Numbered from the stretch's first letter, positions 31,968 through 42,914 are shown. The stretch: DNA of 64,000 bases from a virus (IMGVR_UViG_3300047551_001153:1-64000); one strand, 5' to 3'. Made by a program: numbers and translations. Notes: generated by a model not told the origin, from the sequence alone.

Positions 31968-34310
31968 TTATAACTCAATTACGAGTTTAATTTCTTCTCT
32001 CTGTTCTAAATCTCTAAGAACTGGATTCATATTTTGTATGTATAGAATATCGCCAGACCTAAATTTCAACTCACCCTTATGGCTGATGGTTGTAATTTGA
32101 GCGTTTGTGGTTGATGTATTTCCTGATGGGCCTATTACGACATAATCAACATTTTGACCAACTGCGACATTTCCCTGCAATCCTGCGAGGCGAATATCGC
32201 CATAAGTTCCACCTGTTGACGGAACCCAGTCAATAATGTATCCATTCGCAATAGTCAATCCCGTTGAGAAATAAACCTGAGAGTCGGCGAGGAATGAATC
32301 TTCATCAAAATTCGTCCCACTGACTCTAACGGTTGTGGTTAGGTCGTAGACTGAGGGAACATTTTCAAGTTCCGTGGATATAGAGGTTATTCTCCCTGGC
32401 CCAGAAAATCCGTTCCCGACAACTTCAAACTTTGGAGTCATTTGGAGGACTGTTTCGTTGAGATCGAATCTGCCTTTCGGGAACTCCAGTGACAATATTC
32501 CCGATTTTCCAGACTCATCGGGAGACCAACCGCAAATCTGACCACTTGAATATGATTTTCCGACATTTAAAACTGTATTTCCTACGCCATGTGCGTAGTA
32601 ATTCTTGCTATAATCTGACCCATCGTCCGCAAAATCCGAGCCGACCGAGGCCAGTCTGAGATTGAGTAAATGCCTTCCCTCTTGTCCAGCCCGAGTTATT
32701 TCTCTTACATCAAAAATTTTGAAACCGGGGGCAAAGGTTGCACCCATGGCAAATGTGGGTCCAATTATGTTGTTCAAGACAAGTTCACTGGTTCCACTAA
32801 CACCATCCTTACCTTTACACCACTCTAATATTGTACCTATCGCACCCGTGCCTGTATTACCCCCGCCCGCAGTTCCGCCAACTGAGAAAGAACCAGTGAT
32901 ACCAGACTGATAGAATTTCAGTCTGAATTGCTTACTTTGCAATAAAGGATTTCTCAATATACCGAACTGCCTAAAGTCATTATCAGTGTCCACTTTACCC
33001 GATTCTTCACGATCATATTCGGCTACAATCATGTAAGCATTTGAACCGAGTTCCTTGACTGGGTTTGCACCGTGGCCACCTGGTGGGGGCATTACGGCAT
33101 GAATCAGATTTGCTATTTTTCGATATGTTGGTGGAGTGTAAGATAGAGCGGTTACGCCCTTGGGCACATCAAGGTTTGCAAACGAATAATCTTTTCCTCC
33201 ATTGATTATCTCTATTCCAGAGATCAATCTTGCCTCATAGGTATTGCACACATTTGTCGCCGCCGAATCCGCTGTTGATCCAAATTTCAAGGCTAAATCG
33301 GCTGTGGTAATATATGGATTTACGGTGCTTGTTCCAAATCCATCACCAGAAACCAAAACTCTGGGTTGAATGCTAAACAGGGATACATTACTTCCTGCTT
33401 CGGAACTGGAAAGACCTGTTGTTAATTCGTCTACATTGATTCTTCCATATCCACCGATAGAATTCCAAGTATAAGATTTGATAACTCGTCTTTGGCCCTG
33501 TCCCGCTCCGCTGTCAACACTAAAAATCATGTCCTTGTATTTTTCGGCTGTGGGCACTAAATCAGGAGATGATATGTCGATGTATGTTGCGCCCGCTGGA
33601 ACCGTAATAGCAACAAGATTCGTTCCACTTGGGAATATACAGTCGTCCGTGCTTACCCAGTAAATTTTTGCCGCATCGTCTGCGTATGCAAAATCAATTT
33701 TTCCATTTACTGCGTTTTGTTGAACAAGCCATTGCAGTCTTCGCTCATCGTTTGGCTGTAAGTATTCGATATATTCAACTGGCATATAACCGATGGCACG
33801 AGCATCGGATTTTGTCAAAAATTTTCTTTTGGTTTCAGTTATTTCGTATAAAAATTTCCAACGATATCCATCCGCCAGTTTTCGAACCAATGAATCGGTA
33901 TGGGTGGGTGGATACAGAGATTGGGAATTATTATTGTTGTCAATACAGATGTAAACTCGCTGATCATCAACTAAAGCGTAAAAATCGGCGGGTTTCAGAT
34001 CATCAAATAAGTCAACATCATCCCTATAGGCATCGAATACCTTACCTGGATTCCAATCAATTCTTCGAACAACAAGAGACACATCGTCTCTGTTGATTCT
34101 TTTGGCGGCAATCATGCCCCTCCAAAAATCAGTATCATCTTTGACCGAATCAATTGACGGTATTCTGTTGTCGTTTGTGACACCCCATTGAGTAATTTTT
34201 CCAATAGACAAATAGAGATTTTCTTCCGAAATATCGCTGTATTCGTCTAATAGCGTTTCCATGATGAAACGCTTGTGATTTTGTCGAAATGGGTCGCAAC
34301 TTCTGGGCAT
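31968..34310 (-). CDS. gp8: Baseplate wedge subunit
   Basis: W..MIAAKRI, VVRRIDW, VYICIDNN, DGYRWKFLY, PPGGHGANPVKELG, NDFRQFGILRNP, SGDILYI.N, QREEIKLVIE. Confidence 0.92.
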   Translation of the reverse strand: MPRSCDPFRQNHKRFIMETLLDEYSDISEENLYLSIGKITQWGVTNDNRIPSIDSVKDDTDFWRGMIAAKRINRDDVSLVVRRIDWNPGKVFDAYRDDVDLFDDLKPADFYALVDDQRVYICIDNNNNSQSLYPPTHTDSLVRKLADGYRWKFLYEITETKRKFLTKSDARAIGYMPVEYIEYLQPNDERRLQWLVQQNAVNGKIDFAYADDAAKIYWVSTDDCIFPSGTNLVAITVPAGATYIDISSPDLVPTAEKYKDMIFSVDSGAGQGQRRVIKSYTWNSIGGYGRINVDELTTGLSSSEAGSNVSLFSIQPRVLVSGDGFGTSTVNPYITTADLALKFGSTADSAATNVCNTYEARLISGIEIINGGKDYSFANLDVPKGVTALSYTPPTYRKIANLIHAVMPPPGGHGANPVKELGSNAYMIVAEYDREESGKVDTDNDFRQFGILRNPLLQSKQFRLKFYQSGITGSFSVGGTAGGGNTGTGAIGTILEWCKGKDGVSGTSELVLNNIIGPTFAMGATFAPGFKIFDVREITRAGQEGRHLLNLRLASVGSDFADDGSDYSKNYYAHGVGNTVLNVGKSYSSGQICGWSPDESGKSGILSLEFPKGRFDLNETVLQMTPKFEVVGNGFSGPGRITSISTELENVPSVYDLTTTVRVSGTNFDEDSFLADSQVYFSTGLTIANGYIIDWVPSTGGTYGDIRLAGLQGNVAVGQNVDYVVIGPSGNTSTTNAQITTISHKGELKFRSGDILYIQNMNPVLRDLEQREEIKLVIEL

Positions 34311-34320
34311 GGGTTTCTAC

Positions 34321-34328
34321 TATTTATA
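34321..34328 (-). promoter_or_regulatory. Late promoter TATAAATA for gp8
   Basis: Perfect consensus 10 nt upstream of the ATG. Confidence 0.75.
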
Positions 34329-34344
34329 GTGGGTTATGTGACTA

Positions 34345-36513
34345 TTACGGATCGGTATCAATGTAAAGAATCACAATCGAATCAGATGGAACTAAAGGTG
34401 TCTTTTTACCATTTTCTGTCAAAGCATTTATTTGTATTCTATGTAAACCATAACTGGGGCTGGCGAACCTGCCCGTTCTTTGCTCAAGTGTCATTTTGGG
34501 GCCGATATTCGTAGCAGGTCTTCCGTCAACTAAAACTTCAATTTCAACCACTTTATCAGATGCGGGTAAAACCCTATTGTTTTCTCCATTTTCAACCGAT
34601 ATGGTCACCACCAAATCGTCCGCAGTTACCACTTCTCCATTTTTGGGACTGGCAATGGATATTGATGGGGGACTGATGTCATTGAAGTCGTATCGGCAAT
34701 CAAAGGGAATACCCACGGGCATCTCAAAGAAACTTCTGGCCGTTATTTTTCTGAATTCGGATGTGGGGGAATACTTCAAGAATGTGTATTTACTATCGAC
34801 AGGTTCGGCGGAATAGAAGTCGGCAGTCCATCCAGTCGCACCGATTCCACCCGTAATCGTGCAGAATTCATCCCATTTCCATCCGAACTCTGGGTTTCCG
34901 ACAACCTGATTTTTCCATATTCTGGCCAAAACAGGTTCTGTAATTTTTCGATTTGGGTGTTCATAAATGATCCAGAAAGGATCAGCGTATTTTCTGGCAG
35001 GCTCGCCCAAAGGTCTGAACTGACCTCTGTCTTCGTAAATCGGTTGGCTCGGAATCGAAAAACTTGGTAATGTATTCGTCGGGAGCGAGAACGGTGGAAC
35101 TGAGAGGTATGATGCTCTTGAATCAAATATTCTGAAAGGAACACCGCTCGATATTGGATTTCCCGGTATTGAAATGTTTTGTATCAATTCGTTATGGAAG
35201 AAGGGCATATACCCTTCAGCCGTAAGTGATCCCGGAAGTCCATCGTAAAGTTCATCCTCGTAACGAGTGAACCAATCTTGTAAATTGTCGTATGTCTTGA
35301 ATGTATATGGCGCATAGTGTCCGATTATTGGAACTTCGTACCTAATCATTGCGGAGGCGTTACGAATATCGTCCTGAGCGCATCGTTTAATCAAGACTTG
35401 ACCGAACATCGCCATTCCTGCTGGGTGTGTAAGTCTTCTTATGATTTCACGATACTGATCAATTATAACCTCTGTTTTCAGAACATATGAATAATCCTGA
35501 TAGTAGTGATTATCCTGCAAGACCTTGTTTGTACTCAGTCTTCCGTCATAATTGAGGTAGTAACCTTCAGATTTGCATAATGAACCAAGAACTGCGGTTC
35601 CAGAAAAACCAGATCCGCCGATAGATTCCACACTAACCGTTGGAGCCAATGAATAATTGATTCCAAAATTTTCAATTCTAATTTTTCTGATTGCGCCCGT
35701 GCTTGATATTGCCGAGACGATTCCTGACGCATCAAAACCAGAATCTCCAGTTGCGGATGTAAATCGAACTGCATCTCCTATCGAATAACCCGATCCTCCG
35801 TTTGTAATACTAACTGAAGACACTACATTATAAATTTTTATTTCGTTGAATGTTTCGCCATCAACATCGAAAGATGCGCCTGAATTTGCAACGAAGTTTC
35901 CGTTTCGATTCGATATCGTGATTTCGGCTACTTCATAAATTCCTTGTTGATATATGTTTACATCAACAACTTTTGCGGATGCTGTAATTTTTCCTGCGGC
36001 GTTTCGTTGATAAACTATCCGTCCGACTGAATCATAGATTCTTTCGCCAAGGGATGTGGTTGTTTTCAGCGCATTCTTTTCATACCATTTACCATCGGAT
36101 GTTCTCAGAATGTCTTTCTTGGGGTAGTAAAACTCCACACCGACATCGTAAAGAATCCTGAACAAGAACTCATATGATTTTTCCGTTCCCTTGCTTCTAT
36201 AGAAAGATTTTATATTCTTTATGAGTCTTTTGATGTCAACAGGCTTTCCTGTCGCATCAGAGATGGCGAGTTTTTCTGGAAAATTGAAGAGATATTCTTT
36301 TTTGAAATGGTCTATGAACTGGTCGATTGTATTATCAACATCTATGACATCACCTAAAGACATCGGACTGAGCAGTTTTCCATCTCTGTCATTGTTCTGA
36401 AGCCACTCGTAATAAGTCTCAAGAAATGAGACAAGAGTTGGATTGTCTACCCGAACAAATTCGGGCAGTTGTGTGCTGACCAACTCTGAAATTTTTCTAT
36501 CTTTGTCAATCAT
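34345..36513 (-). CDS. gp7: Baseplate wedge subunit (gp7-like)
   Basis: QLPEFV, FLETYYEWL, IKSFYRSKGTEKSYEFLFRILY, LQDNHYYQDYSYVLK, HPAGMAMFG. Confidence 0.8.
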   Translation of the reverse strand: MIDKDRKISELVSTQLPEFVRVDNPTLVSFLETYYEWLQNNDRDGKLLSPMSLGDVIDVDNTIDQFIDHFKKEYLFNFPEKLAISDATGKPVDIKRLIKNIKSFYRSKGTEKSYEFLFRILYDVGVEFYYPKKDILRTSDGKWYEKNALKTTTSLGERIYDSVGRIVYQRNAAGKITASAKVVDVNIYQQGIYEVAEITISNRNGNFVANSGASFDVDGETFNEIKIYNVVSSVSITNGGSGYSIGDAVRFTSATGDSGFDASGIVSAISSTGAIRKIRIENFGINYSLAPTVSVESIGGSGFSGTAVLGSLCKSEGYYLNYDGRLSTNKVLQDNHYYQDYSYVLKTEVIIDQYREIIRRLTHPAGMAMFGQVLIKRCAQDDIRNASAMIRYEVPIIGHYAPYTFKTYDNLQDWFTRYEDELYDGLPGSLTAEGYMPFFHNELIQNISIPGNPISSGVPFRIFDSRASYLSVPPFSLPTNTLPSFSIPSQPIYEDRGQFRPLGEPARKYADPFWIIYEHPNRKITEPVLARIWKNQVVGNPEFGWKWDEFCTITGGIGATGWTADFYSAEPVDSKYTFLKYSPTSEFRKITARSFFEMPVGIPFDCRYDFNDISPPSISIASPKNGEVVTADDLVVTISVENGENNRVLPASDKVVEIEVLVDGRPATNIGPKMTLEQRTGRFASPSYGLHRIQINALTENGKKTPLVPSDSIVILYIDTDP

Positions 36514-36523
36514 GACTTATTAC

Positions 36524-38446
36524 TTATGTGTTGAAAGGAAACCCTCTGTCAGATGCGCCTCTATCAATAACAGTCTTTTCCTCATATACATCTACCTGAA
36601 TCTTGTCATCATTGAATTCCAACACCTGATTTCTTCTCACAAAAATGTCGTTTCTATTTGGAATTACGCTTATTCGAATTTCACTTGAACCATCCAAGAT
36701 TGAAATTGGAGCGAAGTTTTTGAGTGATATTTTTCCAGTTTCATAGTTGATTGTTCCCACATTATCAACCAAATAAACCTTATTTCCATTTACTAACTTG
36801 TATATTCGAACCTTTCCATATCCGTCATCATCAAAATACGCCACAACGCTGGGTTTATTTGCGCTCGTTGAGGCATAGTCTATGTAATAGAAAGCCGTGG
36901 ACTCAAGAATAGACGGATATCCATCAATCGGATGTTTAAGTGGATTGTCAAAGTTTATAGTGTATGGAAAACTTTGCCCAAGAACTGGCTCGATTACCTT
37001 TTCAAGAACTAAATCAACATTACTGCTGTTGATTGATGTATCCATTCTATCAATCGTTGCCAAAAACTTGGATGCTCTAAAATTAGATCCAAATTTGTTC
37101 AGATTTTCGTCGCCAAATTCTATCGTTCTATTTCTCAGGCTCGTTGACATTTCCGTGCTTGTTACAAATGTTTTTGAAGAATCAAAATAAACTTTTACTT
37201 TGGGCACGATATATGTTATGTCGGGGTCAACAACCTCTGGGGTTACAGTCAAAATACTTCTGTCTCTTAGGACTGTTCTTGCGATGGACTGCTTCTCGGT
37301 AATTGAAAGTTTCGGAGAATTTTTAGGTTTGATGCTTATGAACACTTTACCATATTGCGGGGGATCGTTTTCCTCTCCGCCCCAAACCAAGAAAGACTCG
37401 GATCTAAGGCTATAATCTCTTGCAAGAAGGGCAAGATAGTCATCTTTTGTCACCGCTCTATCTTGCGCCTGATACGATCTTGGTGCATAATACTTAACTG
37501 ATTCGACCTCTTCAGGGCTTTCTCCTCCATAAGATGGCTGAGGTTTTCCTTCATCGTTTACTACAACAGTTGCCTTGTATACCTCATCCACCACGCTAAA
37601 TGTTGGTGTGTTTTCAGAATCGGTTGATCCCACACCATTGCCTAAAGTTCCCTTGGATGAAAGATAAACTATAGTAATCAGATTTCCATTTTCTAATGCT
37701 CTTCCGATGATTCCATCACCAAAATAAATCTCCCATGTTTGATCTTCTGCTTCTTGTAAAAAGAATACAGTCGAATCACCACTTAGTTCCGTGATGTCAG
37801 TTGCCTTTTGCCAGACTTCATCAATGTTTGCTGTGTTTGATACTGATTTTGCAACACGAAGTAAAATAGTGTCCACATCGACATTTTTATCGGTTATTAA
37901 AAATCGTTGATTCGTATCTCGTGTGTTTACGATGTATGACTCTGATTTAAATGCACCCTCATAAATGGTGACATTTCTCGCAACAAACTGATTTCCAAAC
38001 ACTTCGACTCTATGGTCACTCAATGTATTGAATGTTACGGTGTCGCCGTTCTGCCCTCTGGTAGTGAACTTAGTTCCACGAGGAATTGTTAGCGAACCAG
38101 ACTTTGATCTCAGATTTGCGGTTCGAATATCTTCAGTATTGTTCACCAGATACTCAATATCGACATTTATTCTTGCTGACTTTGTTGATCTGGGGGTATA
38201 ATTTAGGTGCTTGGCGAGAGACACGACCGATGCTCGTTTTCGAGCAGAGTCAAGAAAAGCCTCATTTGCGACCATGTTGGCATAGAAAGCCTGATAGTGC
38301 GTGTTATATGCAAGCAAATCAAGAATGATGTTGAGTGTCGAACCTTCGAAATCGTAATCCTTGAAAGTTTCCTGACCTCTCAAGTAATCCCGAAGACTTT
38401 TCTTGATTAAGTCGAAATCAAGTTGGTCAACTGGTGTGTTAGCCAT
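36524..38446 (-). CDS. gp6: Baseplate wedge subunit
   Basis: LDFDLIK, DYDFEGS, LLAYNTHY..FYANM..NE.FLDSA, QDRAVT..DY, WGGEENDPPQYGKVFISIKP. Confidence 0.97.
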   Translation of the reverse strand: MANTPVDQLDFDLIKKSLRDYLRGQETFKDYDFEGSTLNIILDLLAYNTHYQAFYANMVANEAFLDSARKRASVVSLAKHLNYTPRSTKSARINVDIEYLVNNTEDIRTANLRSKSGSLTIPRGTKFTTRGQNGDTVTFNTLSDHRVEVFGNQFVARNVTIYEGAFKSESYIVNTRDTNQRFLITDKNVDVDTILLRVAKSVSNTANIDEVWQKATDITELSGDSTVFFLQEAEDQTWEIYFGDGIIGRALENGNLITIVYLSSKGTLGNGVGSTDSENTPTFSVVDEVYKATVVVNDEGKPQPSYGGESPEEVESVKYYAPRSYQAQDRAVTKDDYLALLARDYSLRSESFLVWGGEENDPPQYGKVFISIKPKNSPKLSITEKQSIARTVLRDRSILTVTPEVVDPDITYIVPKVKVYFDSSKTFVTSTEMSTSLRNRTIEFGDENLNKFGSNFRASKFLATIDRMDTSINSSNVDLVLEKVIEPVLGQSFPYTINFDNPLKHPIDGYPSILESTAFYYIDYASTSANKPSVVAYFDDDGYGKVRIYKLVNGNKVYLVDNVGTINYETGKISLKNFAPISILDGSSEIRISVIPNRNDIFVRRNQVLEFNDDKIQVDVYEEKTVIDRGASDRGFPFNT

Positions 38447-38838
38447 TAACGAGTCCTTTCAACGGATACTGTTGTGGTGAATACCTTTTGATGGTTATTC
38501 AAGGTGTATGTAACCTGAACTTTTAAACTATTCGTATCTTCGTCAAAAAATACATCAACTTTGCTTGATTTCACTCTTGGTTCATACTGAATAATCATTC
38601 TCTGTATTCTGTTTCTTATTTCACCCACCACAACTGATGTTGATGGTTCAAACAGCAAATCAACAACGCCCGCATTTATTTCGGGGTGAAATGGTTTTTC
38701 ATTCTTTTTTAATTGGAGGAGCGATCTTACTGCTCGTCTTATGGCGGCTTCACCTTCAATCAAAGAAACATCATTTGAGAATGGGTTTCTTGAAAAGGCC
38801 ATATCGAGGTCGGATGCGAAAACATTAACTTCAGGCAT
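38446..38838 (-). CDS. gp25: Baseplate wedge subunit
   Basis: SDLD..F..NP, AIRRAVRSL, EKPFHP, LLFEP, YEPRV. Confidence 0.93.
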   Translation of the reverse strand: MPEVNVFASDLDMAFSRNPFSNDVSLIEGEAAIRRAVRSLLQLKKNEKPFHPEINAGVVDLLFEPSTSVVVGEIRNRIQRMIIQYEPRVKSSKVDVFFDEDTNSLKVQVTYTLNNHQKVFTTTVSVERTR

Positions 38839-38850
38839 ATTACCCCCTTA

Positions 38851-39147
38851 TTAGCCTCCACAGAACACAGTCGGAGAACCCGTACCCGCCGCAGAGCCGC
38901 ATGAGACTGGATCTCCAATACGACCTGCATTCTTACTATTTACATACACATTTGATGACCCCATAGCAAGTTTACAGGGCGGATCGCAATGACACGAATC
39001 GCCACAGCAATGGCTCGCCCACTTATCACCCCTTCGATGCCAACCTTTACTATTAACAATCACATTCGATGAAGCCTGAATGTTCTTTCTGGGTGGGAAA
39101 CATCCATGACCCGTGCAAGCATCGCCTTTTCTATGTACTGCTGGCAT
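38851..39147 (-). CDS. gp5.4: PAAR spike-tip protein
   Basis: MPAVHRKGDACTGHGCFPP, S.NV.VN, GRIGDPVSCGS...GSPTVF; GGAG RBS supports the 39147 start. Confidence 0.92.
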   Translation of the reverse strand: MPAVHRKGDACTGHGCFPPRKNIQASSNVIVNSKGWHRRGDKWASHCCGDSCHCDPPCKLAMGSSNVYVNSKNAGRIGDPVSCGSAAGTGSPTVFCGG

Positions 39148-39155
39148 ACCGACTC

Positions 39156-39806
39156 CTATAACCGATACGGCGAACATTGACCCGGCCCCGGAAAATAACC
39201 CTTACGCTTCATACCTTTCAGATAAGTAACATTATCCACAGGTTTCGAATCAAGACTGAATGTATAACCCTCCCCAACAGGATAAGTCAGACCTTCTGGC
39301 GAACCTGTCAGGGGGTACTCGTTCTTTATATTTAGTATGAAATCGTCACGCCTTGAACTCCAATCAGTCAAGACATACATCTGAAATGCGGCATCGTAAG
39401 TGGTTGGAGAACCGACTGATCCAAAATAAGCACGGACTGTAAATACCGCATTCAATCCCAACTTGGCATAATCTAAGTAATTGGTCTGGTCATAAGGAGT
39501 GACTAAAGGGGGGTTTCCCATCTTTGAAGGAGATGTCAATCTGTTGTCTGAAACAACTCCATAGATTGCGCCATCATTCGATATTGTCAATCCCGCTGGC
39601 CACTCCCCAGAAACAACAGCGTATTTGAATGCTTCAGTCGATGTGGGCAAACTGGTTATTGGATCTGTTCCATCCAGATACGCATGGATGGACATTTGCC
39701 CCCGATTCATACACTGATGTTCAAGTATTGGTGTGGGGGAAAATCCAACAGATGGGTAAACTCTATTCGGCGGCTCCCACCGAATCGTAGATGGACTGGC
39801 GGGCAT
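39156..39806 (-). CDS. Hypothetical baseplate-associated protein (Ig-like)
   Basis: YAVVSGEWPAGLTI..DG.IYG and FTVRA resemble a putative Ig repeat; lies between gp5 and PAAR. Confidence 0.6.
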   Translation of the reverse strand: MPASPSTIRWEPPNRVYPSVGFSPTPILEHQCMNRGQMSIHAYLDGTDPITSLPTSTEAFKYAVVSGEWPAGLTISNDGAIYGVVSDNRLTSPSKMGNPPLVTPYDQTNYLDYAKLGLNAVFTVRAYFGSVGSPTTYDAAFQMYVLTDWSSRRDDFILNIKNEYPLTGSPEGLTYPVGEGYTFSLDSKPVDNVTYLKGMKRKGYFPGPGQCSPYRL

Positions 39807-40462
39807 TAAAAATCTCCTCCGTCAAGAAGTCCCACATCGAACGGAGGGGCTTCGCCGAAGTCAGTTGCGGGTTCGGTTTCCTCTGCGGGGACAGCCGCTT
39901 CCTGAGATACTCCTCCGCCTGGTAGTTTTTCACCCAATATCGAACCGATGGGTCTCTCTGTCTGTGAAAGAACTTGTTGCTCCCCATCGGCAAGAGAGGA
40001 TTCGGTTGTTTCTTCGACAACTTTTCCCAGTCCCCCAAAAGCGTTCACATCGGAAGAATTCAAGTCAACCACGCCCACAGCAATATTTGCAATGTTTGAT
40101 GTTTGGGGCAAAACATCCTCAATAGAACTGAATGGAGTGGGTGGTATGGACGAAGCAGAAAGCGTTTCTGGGACTTTAGAACCCAATACCGAACCCTCGG
40201 GAGCGGGTGGATCTTCCACTTTTACTGGAAACTTTTCAATTTCTTTTGTGATAATGTCATCGCTGTCTATTCCAAGTTTATCATTCAGTTCGCTATTTCT
40301 TACCGCATCATCAAACGATGAGGGAACATTTACCACAGGAACTTGTGCGATTCCTATTAGTTCGGGCGGTACAACACCAACCGAAGACACAATCTCGCTC
40401 GGTGCGATTCGTGGTGGTGTCTTTGGTGCTGATATTTTATATGGTGTAGGCCCAAGTCCCAT
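39806..40462 (-). CDS. Pro/Ser/Glu-rich hypothetical protein
   Basis: 218-aa ORF with GAGG RBS, low complexity, ends in the LDGGDF motif common in phage structural proteins. Confidence 0.6.
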   Translation of the reverse strand: MGLGPTPYKISAPKTPPRIAPSEIVSSVGVVPPELIGIAQVPVVNVPSSFDDAVRNSELNDKLGIDSDDIITKEIEKFPVKVEDPPAPEGSVLGSKVPETLSASSIPPTPFSSIEDVLPQTSNIANIAVGVVDLNSSDVNAFGGLGKVVEETTESSLADGEQQVLSQTERPIGSILGEKLPGGGVSQEAAVPAEETEPATDFGEAPPFDVGLLDGGDF

Positions 40463-40476
40463 ATCGTTTGTTTACC

Positions 40477-41577
40477 TCAACCAGATTTATTGGATTTTTT
40501 ATTATAGACTTTGCTGACGGTTTTACGAAGAGTCGTAAGAATAGTCTTGATACTCTTAGCGGAAAGCCCGCTCGGATTCAGGTCGATTCTGGGTGCTACA
40601 AGCAACATATTACCTTCTGACGCAAGCGTCATCTTTCCTTTGACTTTGTGAATCATGTTCCCCAGAGTTTCCATGATAGTGTTTCCTTTCACCAAAACTC
40701 TGAAGTCTCCATCAATTTCAAACTCTAAGTGTTCGCCAGTCTTTATTTTCATTATTTTTCCGACCGTGGTTGACGAGTTGCCTTTGACTAAAATCATATT
40801 GTCGCTGAGAGTTATGTCCCAAGCGTTTCCGACCACTTTATGCACTTCACTTCCCAAGGGGTGTGTTTCGGTAAAAGAACCAGACTTGTGGTATTCGTGA
40901 ATGCGCTCAGAGCCAGGTGTGTCATCTACTTCAAATATGTGTCCAGATTCCGTTTCGACAACATGGTTCTTTGGATATTTCGCCGCATAGGGCGTTTTTG
41001 GCTCTTCCCATGAGCCGTATAAAGCGGTGTCGCACTTGTTTCTGGAATCATCTTTTTTCTTAACAATCGTCCAATCCACATTCTCATTTCTCGCCAAACG
41101 ATTTGTATCTGGCTCACCCATTCTACCCTCTACGGGATAAATCTTTGATGGATCTCGGAAACCCAATTCGTAGTCCATGTAATTATTGGTACTTCTCTTT
41201 TTTCCCATGTCGTTATATGGGACTTTACCCTTTGATTTATCCACGAAGTCTGGCTTCTGTATTCCACCATAGGAGCCAATAACAAGCGGTTGTTGGGCAT
41301 TTGTGCCATCTAAGAAAAATCCGATCACCCAACAGCCTTGCAAAAGTCCCGTGGGCGAGTGTCCTAATCCAGACATGGCAGGGCTTGTGATTGGTTGCAT
41401 CACCTGCGCCCACGGGAGGTCGTTGGTGGGTATACCTTTCTCCGACTTCTCGTCCGTATGCCAACCAAGTATTCGGACCTTGACTCGACCGATTTTCATC
41501 GGATCGTTGATCTCCTCAACCACCCCAGTCCACCAAACAAATGTATCTAATCCTGCATAATCGGATCTGGTTGTCAT
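40477..41577 (-). CDS. gp5: Baseplate hub / central spike (lysozyme-less gp5)
   Basis: WWTGVVE..NDP..GRVKVR..G.H, LPWA, GFFLDG..QQP, YPKNHV.ETESGH..E.DDTPGSERIH.YH.SG, C-terminal beta-helix repeats. Confidence 0.95.
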   Translation of the reverse strand: MTTRSDYAGLDTFVWWTGVVEEINDPMKIGRVKVRILGWHTDEKSEKGIPTNDLPWAQVMQPITSPAMSGLGHSPTGLLQGCWVIGFFLDGTNAQQPLVIGSYGGIQKPDFVDKSKGKVPYNDMGKKRSTNNYMDYELGFRDPSKIYPVEGRMGEPDTNRLARNENVDWTIVKKKDDSRNKCDTALYGSWEEPKTPYAAKYPKNHVVETESGHIFEVDDTPGSERIHEYHKSGSFTETHPLGSEVHKVVGNAWDITLSDNMILVKGNSSTTVGKIMKIKTGEHLEFEIDGDFRVLVKGNTIMETLGNMIHKVKGKMTLASEGNMLLVAPRIDLNPSGLSAKSIKTILTTLRKTVSKVYNKKSNKSG

Positions 41578-42914
41578 AATATTTCCACTTCCTTTGGTTT
41601 CTTGTCAGGTGCGGGTTCGACAAGCGAGTCTTTTGCCAAAGTCACAGTCATTTCATGCAAGCCTGAAGTATATTCATGGGCAATCGCAATCACCATATAT
41701 TTACCTGAGAGATAGCGATCTGTTTCCTCTTTCGACTCGGAAACTTTCTCTGTTGCCATAATTTTAAGCCTGACAGTCTCTCCGACTCTGAGTGTGGAGT
41801 CACCAAAAACACGGATTGACATGATAAAAGAGTTCATCTGGTTCAACAGAGATTGTCGTTCCAGACTTCTATCCACGAAAGAACTATCGGCGATTTTGTC
41901 CCATGTATAATGAGGCTTTATATGATATTTCAGGTAAGCCGTATCGAATTTTGACAGAATATCATTTCGATTTATCAGCGGCTTGGAGTTCATTCCTGGG
42001 TTTCTATCAAAAAGATTATTATACAAATGCGTGTTGGCGTAATAAGATTTGGTGGTCATCTCAAAAACCAACTGACTTGCGCCATACATTCCTTCGGAAA
42101 CCTCTTTCAGGCGGTCGTGGGCATCATTAATGTTGTATCGTGTGATTGTCCGCAACTCAAGGACTGGGAGCCTGTCACCCGACTTTGACCGCTGACCCGC
42201 AGGAATATTGGTGTATTCCCGAACGGCCTCATTCACTTTCATTTTGCTGAGTGAGTGAAAATAGTATCCGTCAATAGTTTGATAAAACAAAAAGTCGCTC
42301 ATCCACTCGTTCTGTGAGGCGGTGGAGCGATATGACAACCAGTTCAAAGCATACAGGGGGGACCAATTAGTCAATATCAAATTTGTAGGAGTATTCTGTG
42401 ATTCGTGTGTACTCATAAACGGAGCATTGCTCCGAGTAGAGTCGGCAAGTGAAGGTTTGATGTCTTCAAAAACAGAAACCGCCATGTTTGAGTATGTCAT
42501 GTTTTTCAAAACACGATTCATCTTTACCAAACTTGAGATGGTCATGATGGGGGATATGAGTTCAAGGCGAATAACGGTCGTAGCCTGACCCTCCTCACCA
42601 CGAAGTTGGGATGAGACTTTATAAACATCCATCTCAACTTTTCTGAACTTATCGTCAACACCCGGTGTTTTGAACTTTATGAAAACCTTCTCACGACCTA
42701 TTATCGGTATGTGTTTGAGAAGGTTTAGCGAGTCCATAATAAGAATATTTCCAGACAACCCGTTTGAGTATATGTTTTCGAAAATAGTAAACGCACCGAC
42801 CATCTTGGTGATGTTCACCTGAAAACCTGTTTGCGTGGAAACAATAAGAACTTCATCGAGGAGAATGTCTCCTGCGTGATTAAGCGTATCGGATGATGAT
42901 AAAGAATCAGCCAA
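41574..42914 (-). CDS. Baseplate hub protein (gp27-like)
   Basis: IFENIYS..LSG.I.I.DS, PIIGRE, FLFYQT..GYYF.SL, GDSTLRVG, SGKYMV.AI.H; lies between gp53 and gp5. Confidence 0.7.
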   Translation of the reverse strand: MADSLSSSDTLNHAGDILLDEVLIVSTQTGFQVNITKMVGAFTIFENIYSNGLSGNILIMDSLNLLKHIPIIGREKVFIKFKTPGVDDKFRKVEMDVYKVSSQLRGEEGQATTVIRLELISPIMTISSLVKMNRVLKNMTYSNMAVSVFEDIKPSLADSTRSNAPFMSTHESQNTPTNLILTNWSPLYALNWLSYRSTASQNEWMSDFLFYQTIDGYYFHSLSKMKVNEAVREYTNIPAGQRSKSGDRLPVLELRTITRYNINDAHDRLKEVSEGMYGASQLVFEMTTKSYYANTHLYNNLFDRNPGMNSKPLINRNDILSKFDTAYLKYHIKPHYTWDKIADSSFVDRSLERQSLLNQMNSFIMSIRVFGDSTLRVGETVRLKIMATEKVSESKEETDRYLSGKYMVIAIAHEYTSGLHEMTVTLAKDSLVEPAPDKKPKEVEIL

